Below are positions 51,941-60,441 of a stretch of DNA of 64,000 nt, piece by piece. Numbering within the stretch: the stretch's first letter is position 1; each line of letters opens with the position of its first letter. Below the pieces are notes generated by a model that searched no databases, was not told the DNA's origin, and saw nothing but the letters and a program-made list of their open reading frames with translations. The stretch lies in assembly GCA_963717115.1 (NCBI GenBank), contig CAVQVO010000011.1, forward strand, positions 5,861-69,860, given 5' to 3'. This DNA comes from an uncultured Acidimicrobiales bacterium. GTDB taxonomy: Bacteria; Actinomycetota; Acidimicrobiia; Acidimicrobiales; SZUA-35. The position numbers and the translations under genes are program-made.

Positions 51941-52800
51941 GCTGCGACCTCGCTCGCCTGTGGGCCGATCAACAACAGGTAGGCGTCCTCCACGGTGGGG
52001 GATGCCGGTCGTGCCTCGGGTGGCGGGTGGCCGCCGACCGACCGGATCCGTTGGCTGGGGTCTCGCCACGAGGCGACCGCCCCGGGTATCGGTTGGTCGT
52101 CGAGGAAGACGCGATCTCGGGCGGTCTCGATGAACGTCGGGACATCGCCGGCGAACGCCAGTCGTCCGCGGTCCATGACGATCACTCGATCGCAGACCGC
52201 ACCGACGTCTTCGGTTTGGTGGGTGGCGAGCAGCACGATTCCGTGGCGGGCCCGATCGGAGAGTGTTGCCCGGAACACCGCCCGTTGCTCGGGATCGAGC
52301 CCGGTCGTCGGTTCGTCGAGGATCAGCAGTTCGGGGTCGCCGATCAGCGCTTGCGCGAAGGCGAGGCGGCGGCGCTGGCCGCCGGACAACTTGCGGATCT
52401 TGATCGTCGGTCGGTCGTCGAGCTGCACGGCGGCCAGAACCCGACGGATCTCGGCATGGCGGTTCGGCTTGTCGTTCCACTCCTTCAGCACGGCGATGTA
52501 TTCGAGGAAGCCGAACGCGGTCATCCCGGAGGGATACTCGACCTCCTGGGGCATGAACCCGAGCCGTCGGCGGATCTCGGTTCGCTCGGCGAGGGTGCCA
52601 TCGGCACGGTGGCCGAGCACCCGTATCGAGCCGGCATCGGGCGCTGCGGCGGTCGACAACAGACCGAGCAGCGTGGTCTTGCCTGCACCGTTCGGGCCGA
52701 GCAGTGCCGTGATGCCTCGGTCGAGGGTGAACGAGACGTCATCGAGCGCAAGAGTCGAGCCGTATCGTCGCGTGACGTGTTCGAGCTGGATGCTGTTCAT
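51937..52800 (-). CDS. ABC transporter ATP-binding protein
   Basis: GPNGAGKT, LSGGQ and ILDEPTTGLDP. Confidence 0.95.
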   Translation of the reverse strand: MNSIQLEHVTRRYGSTLALDDVSFTLDRGITALLGPNGAGKTTLLGLLSTAAAPDAGSIRVLGHRADGTLAERTEIRRRLGFMPQEVEYPSGMTAFGFLEYIAVLKEWNDKPNRHAEIRRVLAAVQLDDRPTIKIRKLSGGQRRRLAFAQALIGDPELLILDEPTTGLDPEQRAVFRATLSDRARHGIVLLATHQTEDVGAVCDRVIVMDRGRLAFAGDVPTFIETARDRVFLDDQPIPGAVASWRDPSQRIRSVGGHPPPEARPASPTVEDAYLLLIGPQASEVAA

Positions 52801-52840
52801 CAACTCGGTTCCTTTCGTTTGGGCGGATGGATTCGGTGAG

Positions 52841-53683
52841 TCACGGAACCGTGATCGCGACGGGGACGTCGAGCGACTCCAGACGGTGTCGGAGCAGCAC
52901 CCCGGCGGCGGCCGCGATCGCCAGCGACACGAGCTGAACCGAAGGCGCGGTCAGCGAGTTCTGGAGGTCGCGAAGTTGCCAGGCGACGACGATGCCGAGC
53001 CAGACCCCCGAGACGATGGCTGCCGGAACCAGTGGATCGGTCCACGTCGACGCGACGAGCACGACGAGGGTGCACGCAGCACACGGCAGCAGCCATGCGA
53101 CCGCGATCCACGGGTTGCCCGGGATCACGGCACCGAAGGCGACGGCGAGCGGCAATGCACTCGCAACCACGTAGGCGGTACGCCACAGGAGGAGCCGGGC
53201 CGGAGAGTAGGGGGCCGTGGTCTCGAGCAACACGCTGCTGTGGGTGTTGAGACGAAACGTTGCGGCGACACCGAGTGGCGGAAGCAGTGGTGCGAGCACG
53301 ATGAAGGCCAGTCGGGCCCGGTCGGTGTCGCCCAGTGCCGATGCGAGGGCCGCAACGGCGAGGATGAGCGTTGTCGCGAGGGTCCATTGAGCGCACTGCG
53401 ACCCGATCGCTCGGATGACCACGGTGTCGGCGTCGCGCACCCCGAGTCGGCGGAGCCATCTCGGAGCACGACCGGCATCGAGGTCCTCGACACGAGTCGA
53501 GATCCGGTCCCACACCTGATCGAACGACACCGAACCGAGCGCACCCCCGCTCGTGCGGGCGAGTGCAGCGCGGCAGATGGCGCACCTCGAGAGGTGTGCC
53601 TCCACCGATGCACGCGGGATCCCGTCGAGCCGGCGGTCGTGGTAGGCCGACAGTGCGGCATCGTCGACATGCCAGGTGTTCAT
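52841..53683 (-). CDS. zf-HC2 membrane anti-sigma factor
   Basis: H...EAHLSRCAIC motif followed by TM helices. Confidence 0.9.
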   Translation of the reverse strand: MNTWHVDDAALSAYHDRRLDGIPRASVEAHLSRCAICRAALARTSGGALGSVSFDQVWDRISTRVEDLDAGRAPRWLRRLGVRDADTVVIRAIGSQCAQWTLATTLILAVAALASALGDTDRARLAFIVLAPLLPPLGVAATFRLNTHSSVLLETTAPYSPARLLLWRTAYVVASALPLAVAFGAVIPGNPWIAVAWLLPCAACTLVVLVASTWTDPLVPAAIVSGVWLGIVVAWQLRDLQNSLTAPSVQLVSLAIAAAAGVLLRHRLESLDVPVAITVP

Positions 53684-54255
53684 CGCAGTTCTCCCAACTC
53701 CAGCTTCCTGACGCCGAGTTCGGCGCGCAGCACCGACTTGGCCTTGCGCATCCTGCCCTTCACGGTGCCCTCCGGCAGCCCGAGCATCCGACCGGCCTGG
53801 CGGGCGGTCAGACCGTCGAAGACCATCGCCTGGACCACATCCAGGAGCTCGGGCGACAACCGCGCCAGCGCTGCGCCGGCATCGCCGAACGCGATGTGTT
53901 CGAGCACCCTCGCCTCGGCGCTGTCGGCCGACATCGATGCCGGGAACGGGTCGGGACGTGACTGTCGGCCGGCACGCCGGAGCTGGGTCACGAGCTGGCG
54001 AACGGCGATGCCCCAGATCCAGGCGGCGACGTCGCCCTCGTTTCGCCATCGCGGGGCACTCTTCCACACCGCGAGGAACGTCTCCTCCACCGCATCGGCG
54101 ACCAGTGCATCGTCGAAGCACCGGGTGCGCAAGCGGGCGGTCAGCCACGGCACATGCCGGTCGTAGAGGCACCGCAGCGCCTCGAGATCCTCTGCTGCGA
54201 TCGCAGCGACGAGGGCGGCATCGTCGAATGTGTCGAGGTGGCGCCGGGCCCTCAT
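53680..54255 (-). CDS. ECF RNA polymerase sigma factor
   Basis: DAVEETFLAVW, AWIWGIAVR and LGLPEGTVKGRM. Confidence 0.93.
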   Translation of the reverse strand: MRARRHLDTFDDAALVAAIAAEDLEALRCLYDRHVPWLTARLRTRCFDDALVADAVEETFLAVWKSAPRWRNEGDVAAWIWGIAVRQLVTQLRRAGRQSRPDPFPASMSADSAEARVLEHIAFGDAGAALARLSPELLDVVQAMVFDGLTARQAGRMLGLPEGTVKGRMRKAKSVLRAELGVRKLELGELR

Positions 54256-54418
54256 CGCGCGAGTCTCGCAGAGTCGATCCGGTCGACGAGGCGGACCAGG
54301 ACGACGTGCCCAAATGGTTCGTCGATTCGTCCCGGACACGTCATACCCCTCTGTCGCTCGAGCGGACGATTCGGGATCACGCCGACCGCAGAAACGACAC
54401 GACTGCGGCCAGCTTGGC

Positions 54419-54460
54419 GACATCGACATCGGCATCGACATCGACATCGACATCGACATC
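54419..54460. repeat. Intergenic hexanucleotide microsatellite (GACATC)x7
   Basis: Seven units, one of them GGCATC. Confidence 0.9.
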
Positions 54461-54547
54461 GTGACGCCACGACGCCACGGACCGCCGATCTCGTTCGACG
54501 TGATCCCGAACGGCACCGTCGAGCGACAGCCGGTTGAGGAGGTCATC

Positions 54548-56187
54548 ATGTCCGAGAACATCCAGCCAGGGTCCGCGACGCCGGCGCGAACAGACGCACC
54601 GGAGCGCGTGGTCGTCGGGAGGAACGCCATCGTCGGGCGGCGCCGGCGCCATGATTGCCGCACCGCACGGGCGGGACGTCTCGCTCGACGACTGGGAGCG
54701 GCGATACTCGTGACAGCAGCCGCCGCCTGCGGTTCCGGCAGTGACGGGGCGGAGGAATCGGTGTCCAGCGCAGTCGTGGCGGCGCCCGACAGCGAGGTGG
54801 TGCAGCTGCGGATCGGGACCAACGATCCAGCTGATGCTCCGACGGCGTTCGCAATCGCCGAGTTCGTCCGTCAGGTCGAGGAGCTGTCCGCCGGTTCGAT
54901 CATCGTCGAGCCGGTGTGGCGCGCTGCCGGCGATCCGGCGCCCGACGACTGGGATCAAGCGGTCGCGGCGAAGGTGATCGCTGGTGACCTCGATCTCGCC
55001 CTGGTCCCGTCGGCTTCGTGGGACACCGAGCACGACATCGTCCTTGCGGGCGTTGAACGCTCCGTTCCTCGTCGATTCCCAGGAGCTCGTCGCGGCCATC
55101 GTCTCGGGTGACATCGCCGGGGAGTTGATGGCGGGTCTCGACGAAACGGGTGTCACGGGGCTGGCGTTGCTTCCCGAAGGACTCCGGTACGTGTTCTCGT
55201 ACGGCGACGCATTGACGGCGCCCGGGCGACTTCGAAGGAGCGACGATCAGGTCGCCACGATCCGACACGGTGTACTCACTGTTCGAGGCGTTCGGCGCAA
55301 CCGCCGACGACCCGCAGGGGTCCGAGTTCGACGAACAGGCCGCCGACGGGTCACTGGCCGGGGTCGAGTCGTCGTTCGCCCGGGCAGCCGGATTGCCGGG
55401 CGGCCCGACGACAGCGGTCGGAAACCTGCCGCTGTTCCCCAAGGTCAACACGCTCGTCGTCAACGACGCCAGGTTCGCGACCTTGACCGAAGCCCAACAG
55501 CAGGTGCTCCACGATGCCGCAGCGGAGACGCTCGACTCGATCCTCACCGACGCCACCGGCGAGGCGGCTCTCGCTGCCGACTACTGCGCGGCCGGTGGAA
55601 CGATCGTCGCAATCGACGACGGGCAACTCGCGGCGTTCGAAGCAGCGGCAGCTCCGGTCTACGCCGAACTCGAGGCCGACCCGTCGACCGGCGCCATGAT
55701 CGATCGCATCGACGACCTCGAGCTCGAGCTGCCAACCAGCTCGTCGATCGTGCCGTGCGGCCCAGGGCAGGACACAGCCACGACGGAACCCTTCGACGGC
55801 GACACCATCCCGATCGGCACCTACGAACGCACGATCACGACCGCCGACGGATCCGACCTCGACCCGACCATCGTCGCCGACATCCTCGGCCCGAGCGGCG
55901 AGAAGCTCACCGAACTCGAGATCGCAGCCGACGCCTGGACCCTCTACGAGGTCACCGACGACGGAGAACGCAGCGTCGCCGACCTCGGCACGTACCACTA
56001 CGACTCCGACGGACGCTGGATCACGGTCAGCACGAGCGGTGGATGCTCCGGGTGCGTCATCGGTTTCGACTGGACCCTCGACGGCGACCAGCTCACGCTC
56101 ACCCTGGCCGAGGTCGCCGATCATTCGATCTATGACGACGGCGTGCGCCTCATGACCGAGGGCGGCTACCAGGCCACGGTGGAGTAG
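54548..56187 (+). CDS. DctP-like TRAP substrate-binding lipoprotein with an extra C-terminal domain; frameshifts near 55030 and 55225
   Basis: GAGGAGG RBS, AAACG lipobox, FVRQVEELSAGSI, LRALNAPFLV, GLR, GATIRSP and FATLTEAQQQVL. Confidence 0.8.
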
Positions 56188-56204
56188 CGGCCGGCGAGCA
56201 CGAT

Positions 56205-56223
56205 GACTACCCAACGGGTAATC
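56205..56223. promoter_or_regulatory. Putative operator of the XRE/MmyB-like regulator
   Basis: GACTACCC-AAC-GGGTAATC palindrome; a related copy lies at 56787-56805. Confidence 0.65.
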
Positions 56224-56257
56224 GCTCGATCGTCGTCCACCGTTCACGCTGTGGTTC

Positions 56258-56713
56258 ATGACGACGACGAACCTCAACGCACGGACCACCGACCCTCGTT
56301 CACCGCTTCGAGGAGTGCTCGCCACGAACTCGGTCACCTCGGCCGCTGCCGGCCTCGCTGCGGCGATTGCTCCCGCGACGGTTGGTGAGGTCCTCGGCAT
56401 CGTCCATGATCGGGGCGACCTGATCGTACGAGTCGTCGGCCTCGGACTGATCCTGTTCGCCGTCGAGGTCGCCGTGACCGCGGTTCGCCACCGAGAGGCG
56501 ACGATCGCCCGGGACTCCCTGCTGATCTCCGCCGCCGATCTTGCCTGGGTGATCTCGACCATCGTCGTGTTGGCAACCGTCGATCTGTCGACGACCGGTC
56601 GAGTGATCGCTGCGGTGATGGGCGTCGGCGTTGCCACCTTCGCGGCCCTCCAGCTTCGCCTCGGGCGCAGCTCCATCGACCGAACCCACGACCGACCGGA
56701 AAATCGGCGATGA
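56258..56713 (+). CDS. Four-TM hypothetical membrane protein
   Basis: Hydrophobic helices; ADLAWV motif. Confidence 0.78.
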   Translation: MTTTNLNARTTDPRSPLRGVLATNSVTSAAAGLAAAIAPATVGEVLGIVHDRGDLIVRVVGLGLILFAVEVAVTAVRHREATIARDSLLISAADLAWVISTIVVLATVDLSTTGRVIAAVMGVGVATFAALQLRLGRSSIDRTHDRPENRR

Positions 56714-56786
56714 CCGACCTCGCCGCCGCCATCGACGCCCATCTCACGGGCTTCGGTCCACGTCCCGAACACGACTGAACGGTTTC

Positions 56787-56805
56787 CGTTACCTCAGAGG
56801 TCATC
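56787..56805. promoter_or_regulatory. Second operator copy upstream of the XRE gene
   Basis: CGTTACCTCAGAGGTCATC, followed by TACGAT 6 nt before the ATG (leaderless). Confidence 0.6.
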
Positions 56806-56838
56806 GATGGGGCCTCCGGCCGAACCTACGATCAGCCC

Positions 56839-57627
56839 ATGGCAACAGCGACCATTGGTGACCTCCTCAAGACCTGGCGATCCCGAAGGTCGTGCAGTCA
56901 GATGGCCCTGGCGCTCGACACCGGTGTCTCGACCAGGCACCTCAGCTTCGTCGAAACCGGCCGATCCAGGCCCAGCCCGGAACTGGTGTTGGCTCTCGCC
57001 GAGCGCCTCGAGGTCCCGCTGCGCGAACGAAACACGATGCTGCTCGCCGCCGGCTATGCGCCCCGTTTCACCAGCCATCCGCTCGACGACGAGGCCATGG
57101 CGCTGATCCGGTCGTCGCTCGAGCGGGTTCTCGATGCGCACGATCCCTTTCCCGGTTTGGTCCTCGACAAGCATTGGAACATCGTCATGGCGAACCGGGC
57201 AGCCACCCGGCTGCTCGAGCTGCTCCCACCGGAACTGCGCCAGGAACCGGTCAACCTGTTCCGGGTCAGTCTCCACCCGGATGGACTCGCCCGGTACACG
57301 ACCAACTTCGACCATTGGGGTGGCTACCTGCTCCGCCAACTCGACCGTCTCGCCGTCAGGTTCGGCGACGACGAATTCCCGTCGCTCCGCAACACGGTCG
57401 AGCAATACCCGAACGTGGCCGCTCTCGCCCGAAACCCGGCGAGGGCGACCGACGCCGATCTGGTCATCTCCTGCGAACTCGACCTGTTCGGTCGGCAGCT
57501 CCGGCTCTTCACCACGCTCACGACCTTCGGATCGCCACTCGATGTGACCCTCGACGAACTCCTCATCGAGCTGTTCTTTCCTGCCGACACCCCGACCGAG
57601 CACGCGCTCGCAGACCTCGACCGCTGA
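56839..57627 (+). CDS. XRE-family regulator with MmyB-like ligand-binding domain
   Basis: SQMALALDTGVSTRHLSFVETGRSRPS, LLAAGYAP and IELFFPAD. Confidence 0.93.
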   Translation: MATATIGDLLKTWRSRRSCSQMALALDTGVSTRHLSFVETGRSRPSPELVLALAERLEVPLRERNTMLLAAGYAPRFTSHPLDDEAMALIRSSLERVLDAHDPFPGLVLDKHWNIVMANRAATRLLELLPPELRQEPVNLFRVSLHPDGLARYTTNFDHWGGYLLRQLDRLAVRFGDDEFPSLRNTVEQYPNVAALARNPARATDADLVISCELDLFGRQLRLFTTLTTFGSPLDVTLDELLIELFFPADTPTEHALADLDR

Positions 57628-57813
57628 CGCCGGCGAGACCCGCCACCACCCGGCCACCGCTGGTGCGACGCTGCCCTGCACTCCTTCGTCGAGGCCTGGG
57701 CTTCGAGCTCCCCGATGTCCTCCGGGGATGTGGGAAAACACTCCGGCCCACATCGCGGCTGCGGGTTACCTTGGTTGCGTGACACGCGTGCTTCGCGACG
57801 GCAGGGATCCACG

Positions 57814-60441
57814 ATGCGAGTGAATGAGCGGATCCTGCCGGGCGGCGACGTCACGTTCGTCTTCACCGACATCGAGGGATCGACCAGACTCCTGAGGGAA
57901 CTCGGTGACGAGCGATACGCAGAACTCCTGGAGCGCCACGACGAGCTCCTTCGGATCTGTTGGGATCGACACCGCGGCATCGAGGTCGGAAACGAGGGGG
58001 ATTCCTTCTTCGTCGTCTTCACGCAGCCGAGCGACGCCGTTCTCGCCTGCACCGAGGCCCAACTCGCCCTCGCCTCGGAGTCCTGGGGGCCCGGCGGGCA
58101 GATCCGGGTTCGTATGGGCATCCATTCCGGGATCGCGCAACCTCGCAACTCCGACTACGCGTCGCTCACGGTTCACCAGGCTGCGAGGGTGATGTCTGCG
58201 GCGTCGGGGGCCCAGGTGTTCATGACGAAGCAGGTCGCAGCACGGATCGACGACGACGACGGGTACTCCGTCAACGTGATCGGCAGGTATCGGATCCGCG
58301 ACTTCGACGGCCCGGTCGAACTCTTCGAACTGCGGGACGACCGATGGCCGGCGGCCCATTTTTCGCCACGTGTCCCGCCCGCCGATACGCACAACCTGAT
58401 CCGTCCTCGCACCTCGTTGATCGGCAGGCAGGAGGAGCTCGAGAACGTCCCCGAGTTGGTCGGGTCGGGTGTGTTGACGTCCTTGGTGGGGCCGGGTGGT
58501 GTCGGCAAGACCCGCTTGGCGATCGAGGTCGGTTTGGCGTGCGCTGCACGTTGGTCAGACGGCGTTTGGATGGCAGAGCTCGACCGCGCGACCACGCTCG
58601 AGACCATGGTCGGCTCGGTCGCTCGAGCGTTGGGGTTGCGGCTCGATCTCGGAGCCGATCCGATGGACGAGCTGCTCGATCGGTGTTCGCAACGCAGCTC
58701 CTTGCTCATCCTCGACAATTGTGAGCACCTCCTTGGAATGTGCGCGCAGCTCGCATCGGGGCTGCTTCACCGAGCCCCGAGCATGGGTGTGCTGGCAACG
58801 TCGCGCACCCCACTCGGGCTCGTGGCCGAGCGGGTCTGGAGGCTCGGCCCCCTGGACACGTCACCAACCACCGGACCGACAGGGTCGACACCGGACGCAA
58901 TACGACTGTTCCGCGACCGGATCGAACTCGGCCGGTCGACGGTTGGATCGTCGTCGAGCGACGATGAAATCGGCAGGATCTGCGCCCAACTCGATGGGAT
59001 CCCCCTGGCGATCGAACTGGTTGCGGCCAATGCGCACCGGATGCCCCTGAGCGAGATCTCGGCTGCGCTCGACGATCATGTCTCGTTCCCCGAGGTCCGG
59101 GACCCCACCGTTCCCGAGCGTCACCGCTCACTCGACAACGTGCTCGAGTGGAGCCACGTCCTTCTCGACGACGACGGACGAGCGTTGCTCTCGAGCGTCT
59201 GCGACCTTCCTGCCGGGTTCGACATCGAGACCGCCCATGCTGCGGTCGGCGGGCTCGGGCAGCAGCAACTCGGCCGGACGATGAGGGCCACTTGGTCGCT
59301 CGTCGACAACTCGCTCATCGAACCCGATTCGTCGTCAGGGGGGCGCAGGTATCGCTGTTCGTCGCTCGTCAGGAACTTCGCCGTCACCCGCACCGATACT
59401 GCGAGCCGAAGCGTCTGCACCGCTCGGTTGATCGATCACTATCTGAGGACCCTCGGCCCACATCGCACGCCTGATCAGGCATGGGCGAGTCTCCTGGGTG
59501 AGGAGCTCGACAATCTGCGCCACCTGACGATGATCGGCTCCAGCGCTCCCATCGAGGATCGCCAGGCTCTGGCTTGGACGATCGGCCGCTATCTGGACAT
59601 GACGGATCAGTTCGCATTCGCCATCGCCGAACTCGACTCCTTCGCCAGGCATCTCAGCGACCCGACCCCCGAGCTCGTCGCAATTCGATCGCTGATCGCC
59701 GACATCCATCTTCGACGAGGAGACCTCGAGTGCGCCGAGGCGGAGATCGCCGTTGCGGAACGGCTCCTCGCTCAGGTCGGTCCGGTCGAGTGGGACGACG
59801 TCTGTGTCCCTCGAACTCGTGGCGATATCGCATTGCGGCAAGGCAACACGGACCTCGCCCTTCGAATCGCGCTCGATGCTCTGGAGACCTCGCCATCACC
59901 GCGTGGGGCTGCACGGGTCTGGGATCTGATCGGGATCATCCATGCGACGGCCGACGACCCGGTCGAAGCGGCCATCGCATTCCGCCGAGAACTCGAGCTG
60001 TGGAGGGAAGTCGGCTCGTTCGCCCCCCAGGCGACGACGCTCGGAAACCTTGCGGAAGTGGCGCTTCGTGCCGGCGACGAGCGGGCTGCGGCCGAGTACC
60101 AGCTGGGTTGTCTCGACATCGCCATGGAACTCGGACAGCCGGTTCTCTCAGCATTCTCGATCGTGGTGGCGGCCCAACTCGCTGCGCTGCGTCAGCGCTG
60201 GCCCGACGCCGTACGCCTCCAGAGCGCTGCCGATCACGCCCTCGAGAGCATCGGATACGTCATGTACGACAGCGACAAGGTCCAACGCCGGCAGATGTTG
60301 AACGAGGCAGCAAAAGAGCTGACCGAAGCAGAGGTCGCCAGACTGCGCGACGCTGGAGCCGATCTCGACCTCGGGACCGCATCGACGGAGGCATCGGCAT
60401 TCCTGCGGAGCCTCATCAGGAATGGGGTGGCACATGAGTGA
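57814..60441 (+). CDS. Class III nucleotide cyclase + STAND (NB-ARC-like) NTPase + TPR-like repeat protein
   Basis: TFVFTDIEGST, EGDSFF, RMGIHSG, Walker A GPGGVGKT, Walker B LLILDNCEH, LDGIPLAIEL and a helical-repeat C-terminus. Confidence 0.92.
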   Translation: MRVNERILPGGDVTFVFTDIEGSTRLLRELGDERYAELLERHDELLRICWDRHRGIEVGNEGDSFFVVFTQPSDAVLACTEAQLALASESWGPGGQIRVRMGIHSGIAQPRNSDYASLTVHQAARVMSAASGAQVFMTKQVAARIDDDDGYSVNVIGRYRIRDFDGPVELFELRDDRWPAAHFSPRVPPADTHNLIRPRTSLIGRQEELENVPELVGSGVLTSLVGPGGVGKTRLAIEVGLACAARWSDGVWMAELDRATTLETMVGSVARALGLRLDLGADPMDELLDRCSQRSSLLILDNCEHLLGMCAQLASGLLHRAPSMGVLATSRTPLGLVAERVWRLGPLDTSPTTGPTGSTPDAIRLFRDRIELGRSTVGSSSSDDEIGRICAQLDGIPLAIELVAANAHRMPLSEISAALDDHVSFPEVRDPTVPERHRSLDNVLEWSHVLLDDDGRALLSSVCDLPAGFDIETAHAAVGGLGQQQLGRTMRATWSLVDNSLIEPDSSSGGRRYRCSSLVRNFAVTRTDTASRSVCTARLIDHYLRTLGPHRTPDQAWASLLGEELDNLRHLTMIGSSAPIEDRQALAWTIGRYLDMTDQFAFAIAELDSFARHLSDPTPELVAIRSLIADIHLRRGDLECAEAEIAVAERLLAQVGPVEWDDVCVPRTRGDIALRQGNTDLALRIALDALETSPSPRGAARVWDLIGIIHATADDPVEAAIAFRRELELWREVGSFAPQATTLGNLAEVALRAGDERAAAEYQLGCLDIAMELGQPVLSAFSIVVAAQLAALRQRWPDAVRLQSAADHALESIGYVMYDSDKVQRRQMLNEAAKELTEAEVARLRDAGADLDLGTASTEASAFLRSLIRNGVAHE

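Noticed and set aside
54230..54547. Poly-(Asp-Ile) peptide as an N-terminal extension of the DctP-like protein
   Set aside because: The strong RBS and lipoprotein signal lie downstream at 54548; the repeat is more likely non-coding
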